Shown here one piece after another: positions 51,832-61,581 of a DNA stretch of 64,000 nucleotides. The DNA is taken from NCBI GenBank assembly GCA_963777945.1, contig CAVZSN010000006.1, positions 194,834 to 258,833 on the forward strand. Direction: 5' to 3'. The stretch is from an uncultured Actinomycetota bacterium (lineage in GTDB: Bacteria; Actinomycetota; Thermoleophilia; RBG-16-64-13). How positions within the stretch are numbered: the first letter of the stretch is position 1; every line of letters begins with the position of its first letter. The translations under genes were made by a program, and so were the position numbers. Under the pieces are notes generated by a model. That model searched no databases. It was given only the letters and a program-made list of their open reading frames with translations, and was not told the origin of the DNA.

Positions 51832-52820
51832 CTACTTCAGCGGGTAGATGTCGTAGCGTTCCTTCTCGGCGGCCGGGCCGTAACCGGTACCGCAGTAGGT
51901 GTAGGTACGATCCGGAACGCCCTTGTTGACCTGATCTTCGTCGATCTCGGCCACGCAGCGGACCATCGAGCCGTCGCCCATGTACCAGCGGATCGGGAAG
52001 CAGTAGAACCGGAAGCGCTTGCCGGCCACCTTGTCCAGGTCTCCGCCGAGGTTCTCAACGCCGACGATGCCATGACCCAGCATCTGCTTGTGGCAGGGTT
52101 CCCACGTTCCCCATTCGCCGAGCGCTTCGAGCTCGCCGTATCTGGCGTCGTAGGCCTCCTTGCCGTGCAGCTTGATGTAGAGCTCGCGGTCGAATTCGGC
52201 ATAGGCCTCTTCACCGAACTGCTCGGCGTATTCTTCAGTGATCGTCCTGCCGGATTTGCCGAGCAGGTTCATCCGCGGCGGCCCGTTGTTGCCCATGGCC
52301 GTGTGAAGCGGATGGTCAAGCGCCTGCGAATCCATGGCAACGCACTTGGGCCCGTACTTGACGAACCATTTGCCGGCTTCGAGACCGGTACCGCATGCGT
52401 AGTGGTAGTAGTCCTTGGAGTCGTCGAACAGGCGATGCATGCCGGTGTTGAGGCACACGACCATGCCCTTGAGTTCGGTCGGTTTGATGTTCGCCCGCTC
52501 GCAGGCGTCTTCGAGATGCGGCGGGCACGGATCAGGCCCCACTGGTGGATCTTGATCTCGAGGCAGACCGCGTCGCCCGTGTAGGCGTCAACGGGCATCT
52601 CGTGGGTGTAGCGAGCCCTTTTGCCGTTGAATTCCCGCTCCATGACGTGACGGGGGGCGTCGGCGTGGGTGCCGGTGTGCTGGACACAGTCGACCCTCTG
52701 CGTGAGGACGCCGCCCTTGGCCATGGTGTGCATCGAATCGATGACCGGTTTCACGAAATACGGCCAGCGAGGGATCTCTGCACTAAATGGATGTGTCAGA
52801 TCGACCCATACTTTCCCCAT
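51832..52820 (-). CDS. cyclase-family (kynurenine formamidase / isatin hydrolase fold) metal hydrolase; candidate dihydrophloroglucinol cyclohydrolase; one frame change
   Basis: N-terminus from ORF 52269..52820 (MGKVWVDLTHPFSAEIPRWP...HTGTHADAPRH, the cyclase-family His motif). C-terminus from ORF 51832..52542. The shift is at the C4 run 52537-52540. Confidence 0.75.
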
Positions 52821-52926
52821 AGTCCCTACTCATCTCCTTTGCTCGTTGCCTTATGACTGACGGGCGCACGATGCGTCCGATCTGTCCTCTATTTGCACCG
52901 GCGGTCTGCCGGTGTCTCCCATTCTC

Positions 52927-53892
52927 CTAGCTGCCGGCCTCCGCCTCGTTCATCTCGCGCACTGCCTTGGTCAAGTAGCCGAGCAGACGGCTGCGAAGCG
53001 CTTTCTGCTCCTCGGGCGTCCAGGTCTGGTAACCGACGCCGCCCGTCTTGAAGCCCAGTTCGTTCTTGGCCACCTTCTCCTTGAGGAGCGGCGAAGGCTC
53101 GTGCGAGTCCTCCAGGTATTTGAGCACGTAGTTGTGTATGGACAGCGTGAGGTCGAGCCCGACCATGTCGGCGTTCTCGCACGGAGCGAGCACCGGCAGG
53201 CGCAGCCCTGGCCCGTACTTGAGGCTCTCGTCCACGGTCTTGGGATCAGCGATGCCCCGCTCGACGATGGACAGAGCCTCTCGCCACAAGGCGTGCTGCA
53301 GCCGGTTGGCGATGAAGCCCGGGACGTCCTTCTTGCAGTGCACCGGCCGCTTGCCGATGGCCTTGTGCAGCTCCATGGTGACATCGATGACCCAGGCCGG
53401 CGTCTCTTCGGTCTGGACCACCTCGACCAACGGGATGAGGAACGGCGGGTTCCACCAGTGAGTCCCGATTATCCTGTCGCGCTTCTGGGACTTGCTGCCG
53501 ATCTCCGTCGGGCTCATCACCGAGGTGTTGGTCGCCAGGATGGCGTCCGGCTTACACATCTGATCGAGCTTCTGGAAGGTGTCCTGCTTGAGGCCCATAT
53601 CCTCGGCCACGCATTCGAGCACGAAATCCGCGTCGGCCGCAGCCTCCGCCATGTCCTGGGTGGTGCTGACCCGGGCCATGGTAGGCTCGACGTCTTCCAG
53701 CGTGCCCAGGCCGCGCTCGGCCAGGAACGTCAGGTCGCTCCGCATCGCCTCGATGCCCTTCTCCAAGGTCTCCGCTCTGCGGCTGTACATGCCGACCGGA
53801 TAGCCGGCAGCCGCGAAGACCATGGCGCAGCCGTGCCCCATGCTGCCACCACCGACGATCGCGATCTTCTTGACGTCCTCCAGTTTCATCAT
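52927..53892 (-). CDS. 3-hydroxyacyl-CoA dehydrogenase-family NAD-dependent dehydrogenase (carnitine / gulonate 3-dehydrogenase-like); candidate 3-hydroxy-5-oxohexanoate dehydrogenase
   Basis: 321 aa, intact. Rossmann IAIVGGGSMGHG, and the family core NTSVMSPTEIG...HWWNPPFLIPLVEVV. Confidence 0.8.
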   Translation of the reverse strand: MMKLEDVKKIAIVGGGSMGHGCAMVFAAAGYPVGMYSRRAETLEKGIEAMRSDLTFLAERGLGTLEDVEPTMARVSTTQDMAEAAADADFVLECVAEDMGLKQDTFQKLDQMCKPDAILATNTSVMSPTEIGSKSQKRDRIIGTHWWNPPFLIPLVEVVQTEETPAWVIDVTMELHKAIGKRPVHCKKDVPGFIANRLQHALWREALSIVERGIADPKTVDESLKYGPGLRLPVLAPCENADMVGLDLTLSIHNYVLKYLEDSHEPSPLLKEKVAKNELGFKTGGVGYQTWTPEEQKALRSRLLGYLTKAVREMNEAEAGS

Positions 53893-54695
53893 CCGGCCAC
53901 CGCCCCGCCGTCCACAGAGAGGATGAGGCCGGTCACGTAGTCAGACGCCGGAGAGGAGAGGTAGACGCAGGCGCCGATGAAGTCGTCCAGTTCGGCGGCC
54001 CGGCCCATGGGGATGCGTGCCATGAAGATCTTGACCATCTCCGGGTTGTCGCGGACCTGCTGGGTGAGCGGAGTCCAGAAGATGGAGGGGGCGATGGCGT
54101 TGACGTTGATCCTGTACTTGGCCCACTCGGTCGCCAGCTGTTTGGTGAGCAGGTGGACGGCCCCCTTGGAGGTGCCATAGGCCGCATATCCGCCGGGATG
54201 GCCGAGGAACCCGCGCACTGAACCGATGGTGATGACCTTGCCGCCGTCGCCCTGCTTGATGTATTCGGCGCCGGCATACTTCGCGCACAGCAGAGTGCCA
54301 CGGACGTTGACGTTCATGACCTTCTGCCACTCTTCGATGTCGAACGTCTCAGCGGGCTGGCGGTTGCCGGCGGTGCCGGCCACCGTGACCATGATGTTGA
54401 CCTTGCCGAAGTCCTTGACCACGCCCTCCATGGCGGCCTTGACACTGTCGTCCGAGGTCACGTCGACGGCGGAGGCGGTGGCGTTCTTGCCCAGGCCTTT
54501 GATGTCGGCCACTACATCGTCCATGATGTCGGTCTTGATGTCCCAGCACGCCACGTCGGCACCGAAGACCGCGAGTCCTTTGGCAAGCGCATGACCCAGG
54601 GTGCCGCCCGCGCCGGTCACTACCGCCACCTTGCCGGAGAGATCGAAGATCTTCCTGAGTTCCTCGACCGACTTTCTTGGTGTTTCTTCAGCCAT
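53889..54695 (-). CDS. short-chain dehydrogenase/reductase; candidate phloroglucinol reductase
   Basis: 268 aa, intact. TGAGGTLG cofactor motif and YGTSK catalytic motif. 4-nt overlap with the downstream gene. Confidence 0.85.
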   Translation of the reverse strand: MAEETPRKSVEELRKIFDLSGKVAVVTGAGGTLGHALAKGLAVFGADVACWDIKTDIMDDVVADIKGLGKNATASAVDVTSDDSVKAAMEGVVKDFGKVNIMVTVAGTAGNRQPAETFDIEEWQKVMNVNVRGTLLCAKYAGAEYIKQGDGGKVITIGSVRGFLGHPGGYAAYGTSKGAVHLLTKQLATEWAKYRINVNAIAPSIFWTPLTQQVRDNPEMVKIFMARIPMGRAAELDDFIGACVYLSSPASDYVTGLILSVDGGAVAG

Positions 54696-54738
54696 TCCCT
54701 TACCTCCCGATCAGCTTTGTCGTCTTCGCTCCGCCGGC

Positions 54739-55089
54739 CTAGGCTTCCTTGGGCATGCCCAGGATCACCATCATGCTCGCCGGGTACTGGGTCTTGTTCT
54801 TTATCGAACGGCCTTCGTCACCGGCGATGAAGATGGAGTCGTGAGCCTCAAGGACTATGTCTTTGCCATCTTTGTCGGTGATGGTGATCTCGCCGTCGAT
54901 GCAGAGATAGATAGTGTCGAACGGCCTTCCTGGGCTGAAATCGGCTCCGCCACCCGGCAGGAAGTGCGTGCAGCCCAGAGAGAACTGGGTGGTCCCCGTC
55001 TCTTCCTTGCCCTGCAGCCTGAAGCAGGCGCAGTCATTGTGCGCGGGAGGGAAATACCGCACTGCGTCACTGATCGAAACCTTCTTCAT
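54739..55089 (-). CDS. cupin-domain protein
   Basis: 116 aa. Small beta-barrel-type sequence (FLPGGGADFSPG...YLCIDGEITITDKDGKDIVLEAHDSIFIAGDE). Function unknown. Confidence 0.6.
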   Translation of the reverse strand: MKKVSISDAVRYFPPAHNDCACFRLQGKEETGTTQFSLGCTHFLPGGGADFSPGRPFDTIYLCIDGEITITDKDGKDIVLEAHDSIFIAGDEGRSIKNKTQYPASMMVILGMPKEA

Positions 55090-55098
55090 TCCTCACTC

Positions 55099-56034
55099 CT
55101 ACATCCGGCGACCATGGTCGCATTGCCGGCCACAGAGCCCGTTCTGACCACTCCGGCGAACGCGCTCGCTCTTTCGGCCGGGCTGACGCCCGACCGGACG
55201 ATGCCTTACTTCTTGGGAGAGCAGGCCCAGGATCTGCCGGGCCTCGGCCGGGCTGGCGACCGGACGACCGAACTCCTTGGCCAGACGCTGCACCTTCTCG
55301 ACGAACTCGAAGTTGTGCTGCGCGAGCACACCCTTGCTCAGGTAGACGTTGTCTTCCATGCCCACCCGCACATGGCCGCCCATGTTGATGGCCATGGCCA
55401 TGATGAGGTTAGCCGTGGGGCCGCAGCCGAACGCCGACCAAGTCGATCCCTCCGGCAGCGAGTCCACCAGGTGGACCAGGTTGCGCGCCGAGCCTTCCAT
55501 CCCACCGTGCACATGCATGCAGCACTGCCAGTGGATGGGCGCCTTGAGGAACCCGTCGGCCAGGAGACGTTTGGCGTTCCACACCATGCCGGCATCGAAC
55601 ACTTCCACTTCGGGCTTGATGCCGTGTTCGATATAGGCCGCACCCAGCTTCTCCAGGAACAGCGGGCTGTTCTGGAAGACACCTTTGTAGAAGTTCATGG
55701 TGCCGGCATCGAAGGTGCCCATGTCGGGCTTGAGTATCGTGTGAGGGTGGATGCGCTCTTCGTCGCTGAAACCCAGACCGCCGGAGGAGGTCATGTTGAG
55801 GACGATATCGGGGCACTTCTCGCGGACCAGGCTGACGGTCTTCTCGAACCTGTCGACTGCCATGGTGGCCTTGCCCTCTTCGGTGCGTACGTGGATATGG
55901 GCAATAGCGGCCCCGGCCTGGTACGCGCCGTACACCTCCTCGGCGATCTCCTCGGGCTGAGTCGGCAGATGGGGCGTGTTCTCTTTGGTGGTCATCGCCC
56001 CGGTCGTCGCCACGGTGATGATGAGCTTCTCCAT
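55099..56034 (-). CDS. beta-keto acid cleavage enzyme (BKACE / DUF849 family); candidate triacetate acetoacetate-lyase
   Basis: Start at the ATG at 56034, after GGAGGTCGAAC (MEKLIITVATTGAMTTKENTPHLPTQPEEIA...AAIAHIHVR...HVRVGMEDN, BKACE TIM-barrel motifs). The last ~35 codons are Arg/Gly-rich. A PKK-stop in another frame near 55200 suggests the true end may be there. Confidence 0.8.
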   Translation of the reverse strand: MEKLIITVATTGAMTTKENTPHLPTQPEEIAEEVYGAYQAGAAIAHIHVRTEEGKATMAVDRFEKTVSLVREKCPDIVLNMTSSGGLGFSDEERIHPHTILKPDMGTFDAGTMNFYKGVFQNSPLFLEKLGAAYIEHGIKPEVEVFDAGMVWNAKRLLADGFLKAPIHWQCCMHVHGGMEGSARNLVHLVDSLPEGSTWSAFGCGPTANLIMAMAINMGGHVRVGMEDNVYLSKGVLAQHNFEFVEKVQRLAKEFGRPVASPAEARQILGLLSQEVRHRPVGRQPGRKSERVRRSGQNGLCGRQCDHGRRM

Positions 56035-56321
56035 AAGTTCGACCTCCACGTCTTGTTGTCGATGCGACTCAGATACGGGGCATCGATCGGCGTCAAATCT
56101 CCCCGACGAGCAGCACTGGAAAACCACACGGCAGCCCGGATAACGACCCCACTTGAGGGCGAGGGTTCGGCAACTACTCTACACCATTCCGTTACCTGGC
56201 AGCCGACAGCTTAGTCGTTGCGGACCCGCCCTCCGATGAATACCGCAGAACGGTATGGCAATCCATCTTACGGTACAGTCCTGGTCTCCGGAAGCGCCGC
56301 CCGCAGCGGTTTCCCTTCGAC

Positions 56322-56327
56322 TATAAT
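56322..56327 (+). promoter_or_regulatory. candidate -10 box for the tRNA-Leu gene
   Basis: A perfect TATAAT lies 18 nt upstream of the mature tRNA 5' end, in a high-GC context. No convincing -35 element. Confidence 0.35.
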
Positions 56328-56345
56328 ACCCCCGATCGTCAGGGA

Positions 56346-56431
56346 GCCGAAGTGGCGGAATTGGCAGACGCGCTGGACTCAAACTCCAGTGAGGCTCACA
56401 CCTCGTGCGGGTTCGACCCCCGCCTTCGGCA
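56346..56431 (+). tRNA. tRNA-Leu (anticodon CAA)
   Basis: Folded by hand. Acceptor stem GCCGAAG/CTTCGGC; D arm GCG-GAATTGGCAGA-CGC; anticodon stem CTGGA/TCCAG with loop CTCAAAC. Long variable arm (TGAGGCTCACACCTC); T arm GCGGG-TTCGACC-CCCGC; discriminator A. 86 nt. CCA is not encoded. Confidence 0.9.
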
Positions 56432-56642
56432 CCTCCTGGAATTGCCACTGTCGTCGCTGCTTTCACCACTTGTATGGCTATGCAAAGGCGCTTGTCTCCA
56501 TGGCTGTGTCCGGACCGGCTTCCTTCGTGGATCATGTGAACCGTAACGGTGAAGGATTTCTGCCCCACAAAGCGAAAATCTGCGTTCGGAATAGAAAAGT
56601 TCCCATAGATTTCGTGCAGTGAGGCTGCTACACTTTTTGGAC

Positions 56643-57143
56643 ATGGATCAGCGCCAGCAGGACAACGAGAAACGTTATGCGGAGATGGTCGGCGAAAGGC
56701 TTCGCCGGCTCCGTCAAGACCGCGGTCTCAGCCTGCAAGAGGTGTGCGACCGTTCCGGGGACTCGTTCGTGGTCTCCACTCTCAGCGCTTACGAGCGCGG
56801 CAAACGCAGCCTAAGCCTCGAACGGCTATACGAGTTGGCGACCATCTATGGGCAGTCGCCCATGTCGATCCTCGACGTCGAGGATGAGCCCGAGTTCCAG
56901 CGCACGCTCAGCAAGGGTGCTCCGCTTCGCATCCGACTCGACCTTCTCGATCGTCTCACGCCCGAAGAGCGGCGTCCCCTCGAGACCTATCTGGCCTTTC
57001 TGCGTAAGCTCCGCGACGATCCGTCTCAGGAGCTCCTTACCATCCGCAAGGATGACCTCACCTATCTCTCCGGGCTCTACGGCATCCGGCCGCAGGCACT
57101 CAAGGACTACCTCGAAAAAGAGGGCGTCCTCATCAGCCACTGA
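56643..57143 (+). CDS. XRE-family helix-turn-helix transcriptional regulator
   Basis: ORF 56619..57143. HTH region MVGERLRRLRQDRGLSLQEVCDRSG...LSAYERGKRSLSLERLYELATIYG. I favour the ATG at 56643, but the TTG/ATG choice is uncertain. Confidence 0.7.
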   Translation: MDQRQQDNEKRYAEMVGERLRRLRQDRGLSLQEVCDRSGDSFVVSTLSAYERGKRSLSLERLYELATIYGQSPMSILDVEDEPEFQRTLSKGAPLRIRLDLLDRLTPEERRPLETYLAFLRKLRDDPSQELLTIRKDDLTYLSGLYGIRPQALKDYLEKEGVLISH

Positions 57144-57164
57144 CGTTCCGCGTCGTCGGCTCTC

Positions 57165-57966
57165 CTATCGCCGCGCCTTCTCCACGGTCTTCGCAGCCTC
57201 GGTCAGAAACGACCGCAGCCCAGTCAGCGCGGCCTCCCGGCTGTCGCTCCCGGCGACCAGGTCGACCAGCCGGCTCCCGATGATCACCCCATCGGCATAG
57301 CGAGCGATGTCCCCCGCCTGGTCGGGGTGGAGACACCGAAGCCCACGGCGAGCGGAAGGTCGGTATGCCGCCTCACGCGTTCCACGAACTCCGGAAGATC
57401 CGCCCGAAGCGCCGCCCTCGTCCCCGTCACCCCGGTCGTCGACACGCAGTAGATGAATCCCGACGCCGCGGCCGCGATGCGGGCCAGCCTGGATTCCGTG
57501 CTCGTGGGGGCGGCAAGTAGGATGATATCCACATCATGGGCCTGCGCGCTCAGCTGCAGGTCGGCCGCTTCCTCCACCGGCACGTCCGGCACCACCACTC
57601 CCGCCACGCCCCGCGCACGACAGCGGGCGAAGAACCGGTCCGCACCGTACGCGAGGATCGTGTTGAGATAGCTGAGGAGAACCACCGGCGAGCCGGAGAG
57701 GGCCGCTTCCCCCGCCATGTCGAGCACGTGGGTCGGGCGGATGCCTCCCCGTAGGGCTGCCTGAGATGCCGCCTGAATGACCGGCCCGTCGGCGAGCGGG
57801 TCGGAGAAAGGTATGCCGATCTCGACGATCCCTGCTCCGCAGTCCGCGTAGACTCTGAGGATCTCCAGGCAGGCAGCGGTGTCCGGGTAACCTCCCACCG
57901 CATACGGGATCAGCAGGGGATGGGCGGCTTCCCGGAATGTCTGCGTAAGACGGCTCTCGCGCCGGT

Positions 57967-57970
<4 letters not shown>
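57165..57970 (-). CDS. trpA: tryptophan synthase alpha chain, one frame change
   Basis: ORF 57284..57970 gives [11 protein letters not shown]...[17 protein letters not shown]...[12 protein letters not shown]. The tail [21 protein letters not shown]...KTVEKARR-stop is read only after adding one base near 57320-57326. Confidence 0.85.
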
Positions 57971-59156
<1,186 letters not shown>

Positions 59157-59160
<4 letters not shown>

Positions 59161-59912
59161 TTCAGTGATCCTTCCGTTCGTGAGCGGGGCGCAGCGAGAG
59201 AGGCGAACAGAGCGCGCAGCGACTCATGGTCCTTCAGGCCGGGTGCAGCCTCCACCCCGCTCGAAACGTCGACACCCCAGGCCCCTGAACTCTCCAACGC
59301 GTCGTGGGCATTCTCGGGACCGATCCCCCCCGCCACCAGATAGGGCGTCCCTTCGGCCGCAGCCCGAGCCACTTCCCAAGGAAAGGTGAGCCCCGTGCCG
59401 CCCGACCTGCCGCCCCATGCGGTGTCGAACAACAGGAGGTCGGCTACTGCCCGCGCTGCGGCGACGGCGTCCCTGATCGCCCCCGGATCGACTGCATCGA
59501 TCGGCACAGCGATCGTCTTGATGAGGAGTACCTCCCGCTCGCCGCCGGCCAGCGCTCTCTTGACCGCGGAGACGTCGGGCTCTGCTCCGTGCAGCTGCAC
59601 GGCTCCCAGCCCCGCCTCGGCCACCACGGCAACGATGATCTCAGCGGAGGTGTCGCCGAAGACGCCCACGGCCAGCGGGGCCACGGCGGCCGGCGGGTCC
59701 GCAGTGGTCGGCGAGGCCGCAGTGGTCAGCGGGCCCGCCGCCGGCAGCATCAGACGCCGGGCCGCGTCGGGCGTCACCATACGTGGGCTGGGCGCGAAGA
59801 TGAAGCCCACCGCCCAGGCCCCCAGCATCGCCGCCAGTTCCACGTCCTCTACCCGGGTGAGGCCGCACACCTTGACGAGCGGCCGGACAGGCTTGGTGAG
59901 CGCAGCGGTCAC
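59157..59912 (-). CDS. trpF: phosphoribosylanthranilate isomerase
   Basis: 251 aa. [12 protein letters not shown]...VQLHGAEP...[18 protein letters not shown]...[11 protein letters not shown]...GVDVSSGVE. Confidence 0.85.
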
Positions 59913-60746
59913 GGGACGAGAAGGACGGGAAGCGAAACGGAGCGCATCAGTTGCTCGGCGGTGCTGCCAAGGATCAGGTCGTGGAGCACGGAGTGACCCC
60001 GCATCCCCATGATCACGACGTCCACCGGTTGTTTCGACAGTAACGAGGAGGCCGCCTTGGCGGCTCTGCCGGGAAGCACGGCGTACTCCGCCTGCAGACC
60101 CAGAGGACCTAGATATGCCGTGGCTTCCGCCTGAGTGGCGGCGCCCTTGGCCGCGTCATCGTCGACCGTGAGTATCTTGAGCGCGATCCCGGTCTTGACG
60201 GCGAGGTCGGCCGCCAGCTTGAGCGCCCTGTTGGCCGGATTGCTGCCGTCGAACATGACCAAGGCCTTGGCAAGTGGACGGTACGACGGACTCGACCAGG
60301 AGCACGGGCGTGGCCGAGCGCCGGGCGACGTTCTCCGCCGTCGAGCCAAGCAGGTCCCTCCCCCACTTGGCGTGTTCACCCCGCTTGCCCATGATGATGA
60401 GATCGTGGGCCTTCCCCATGTCGGCGATCACCTGACTGGGCACGCCCTCCTCGGTGCGGGTCTCTACGGACAGTCCCGCCGCACCCACGAACTCCTGCAG
60501 ATCGCTGAGGATCCGCTCGCTCTTGACCCGAAAACTCTCCATGACGTCGAGCGGGGCGAGGGTGGGCGGAACCGCCTCGAACGTGTAGGAGTAGTCCACG
60601 TACGGCGGCATCTCGACATAACGGATATCGAGCACGTAGAGTCCCGTGACCCTGGCCTGATAGGCCCTGCTCAGCGCGACCGCGTGTTCCAGCGAAGTGC
60701 GCGCGTACGCCGACGAATCCACCGCCACCAGAAGAGATGTGATCAT
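59909..60746 (-). CDS. tandem-domain universal stress protein (UspA family), one frame change
   Basis: Domain 1 is from ORF 60156..60746 ([11 protein letters not shown]...LIIMGKRGEH...LLGSTAENVARRSATPVLLV). Domain 2 is from ORF 59909..60379 (ALVMFDGSNPA...VVIMGMRGHS...ILGSTAEQLMRSVSLPVLLV). The shift is within 60270-60300. 4-nt overlaps with trpC and trpF. Confidence 0.75.
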
Positions 60747-61581
60747 CGTCCCCCCTCTCTGTCCGTCACTCCATCAGCCCACCGGGGGGGCACCTGCACG
60801 TAACGTGCCAGTTCGGCGACCGCCCCTTTGACGTCCTCCGTTCGAAGGAGGCTTTCCCCCACAAGCACCGCGTCTACACCGACAGCGGCCAATCGCTCCA
60901 CGTCGGCCCGGTCTCTGATCCCGCTCTCGGCCACCAGCAGCCTATCGGGCGGCACCAGCGCGGCCAGCCGCACGCTCGTCTCGAGCGACACCTCGAAGGT
61001 GCGCAGGTCACGGCTGTTGATGCCTATCACCACGTCTTCCAGGGCAAGCGCGCGGGTCATCTCTCCCACGTCGTGCACCTCCAGGAGCACATCGAGGCCC
61101 GACTCCGCGGCCAAGGCCGCCAGCCGGGCGAGCTCGAGCCGTCGTCGATGATCGCTGCGATGAGCAGCACCGCCGACGCGCCGAAAGTTCGGGCCTCGAG
61201 GATCTGATAGGGGTCGATGACGAAGTCCTTGCGAAGCAGAGGCAACGACGTGGCCGCAGCCACCTCCTGCAGGTCGCCGAGACTACCGCCGAAGTGGTCG
61301 GTCTCGGTGAGCACGGAGATGGCGGCGGCGCCGCCCGCCTCGTATAGGCGCGCGAGCTCAGCGGCGTCGAGATCCGGCCGTATCGGACCCTTGCTGGGAG
61401 AAAAGCGCTTGATCTCGGCGATCAGCGACACTCCGGGGGACCGGAGCGCCGCTGCAAACGAAAGACGAGGGCCCAGATCCGGGAGGCTGAGCAGTTCGGC
61501 CTCGGGGATGCGCGCCTTGCGCTCCCCCAAGCGCCGCCGCACATCGGGAAGGATGGCGTCCAGGTAGGACGGACGACTCAC
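60743..61581 (-). CDS. trpC: indole-3-glycerol phosphate synthase, one frame change
   Basis: The GTG at 61581 overlaps the trpD stop (GTGA). The N-terminus ([13 protein letters not shown]...[12 protein letters not shown]...[12 protein letters not shown]) is in the 61057..63096 frame. The C-terminus (LLEVHD...[13 protein letters not shown]) is in ORF 60743..61114. The shift is near 61140-61146. Confidence 0.85.

Noticed and set aside
56346-57143. tRNA-Leu followed by an XRE regulator could be the edge of an integrated phage or integrative element.
   Set aside because: There is no integrase, no other phage-like gene, and no repeat of the tRNA 3' end that I could find nearby. The trp operon begins immediately afterwards.
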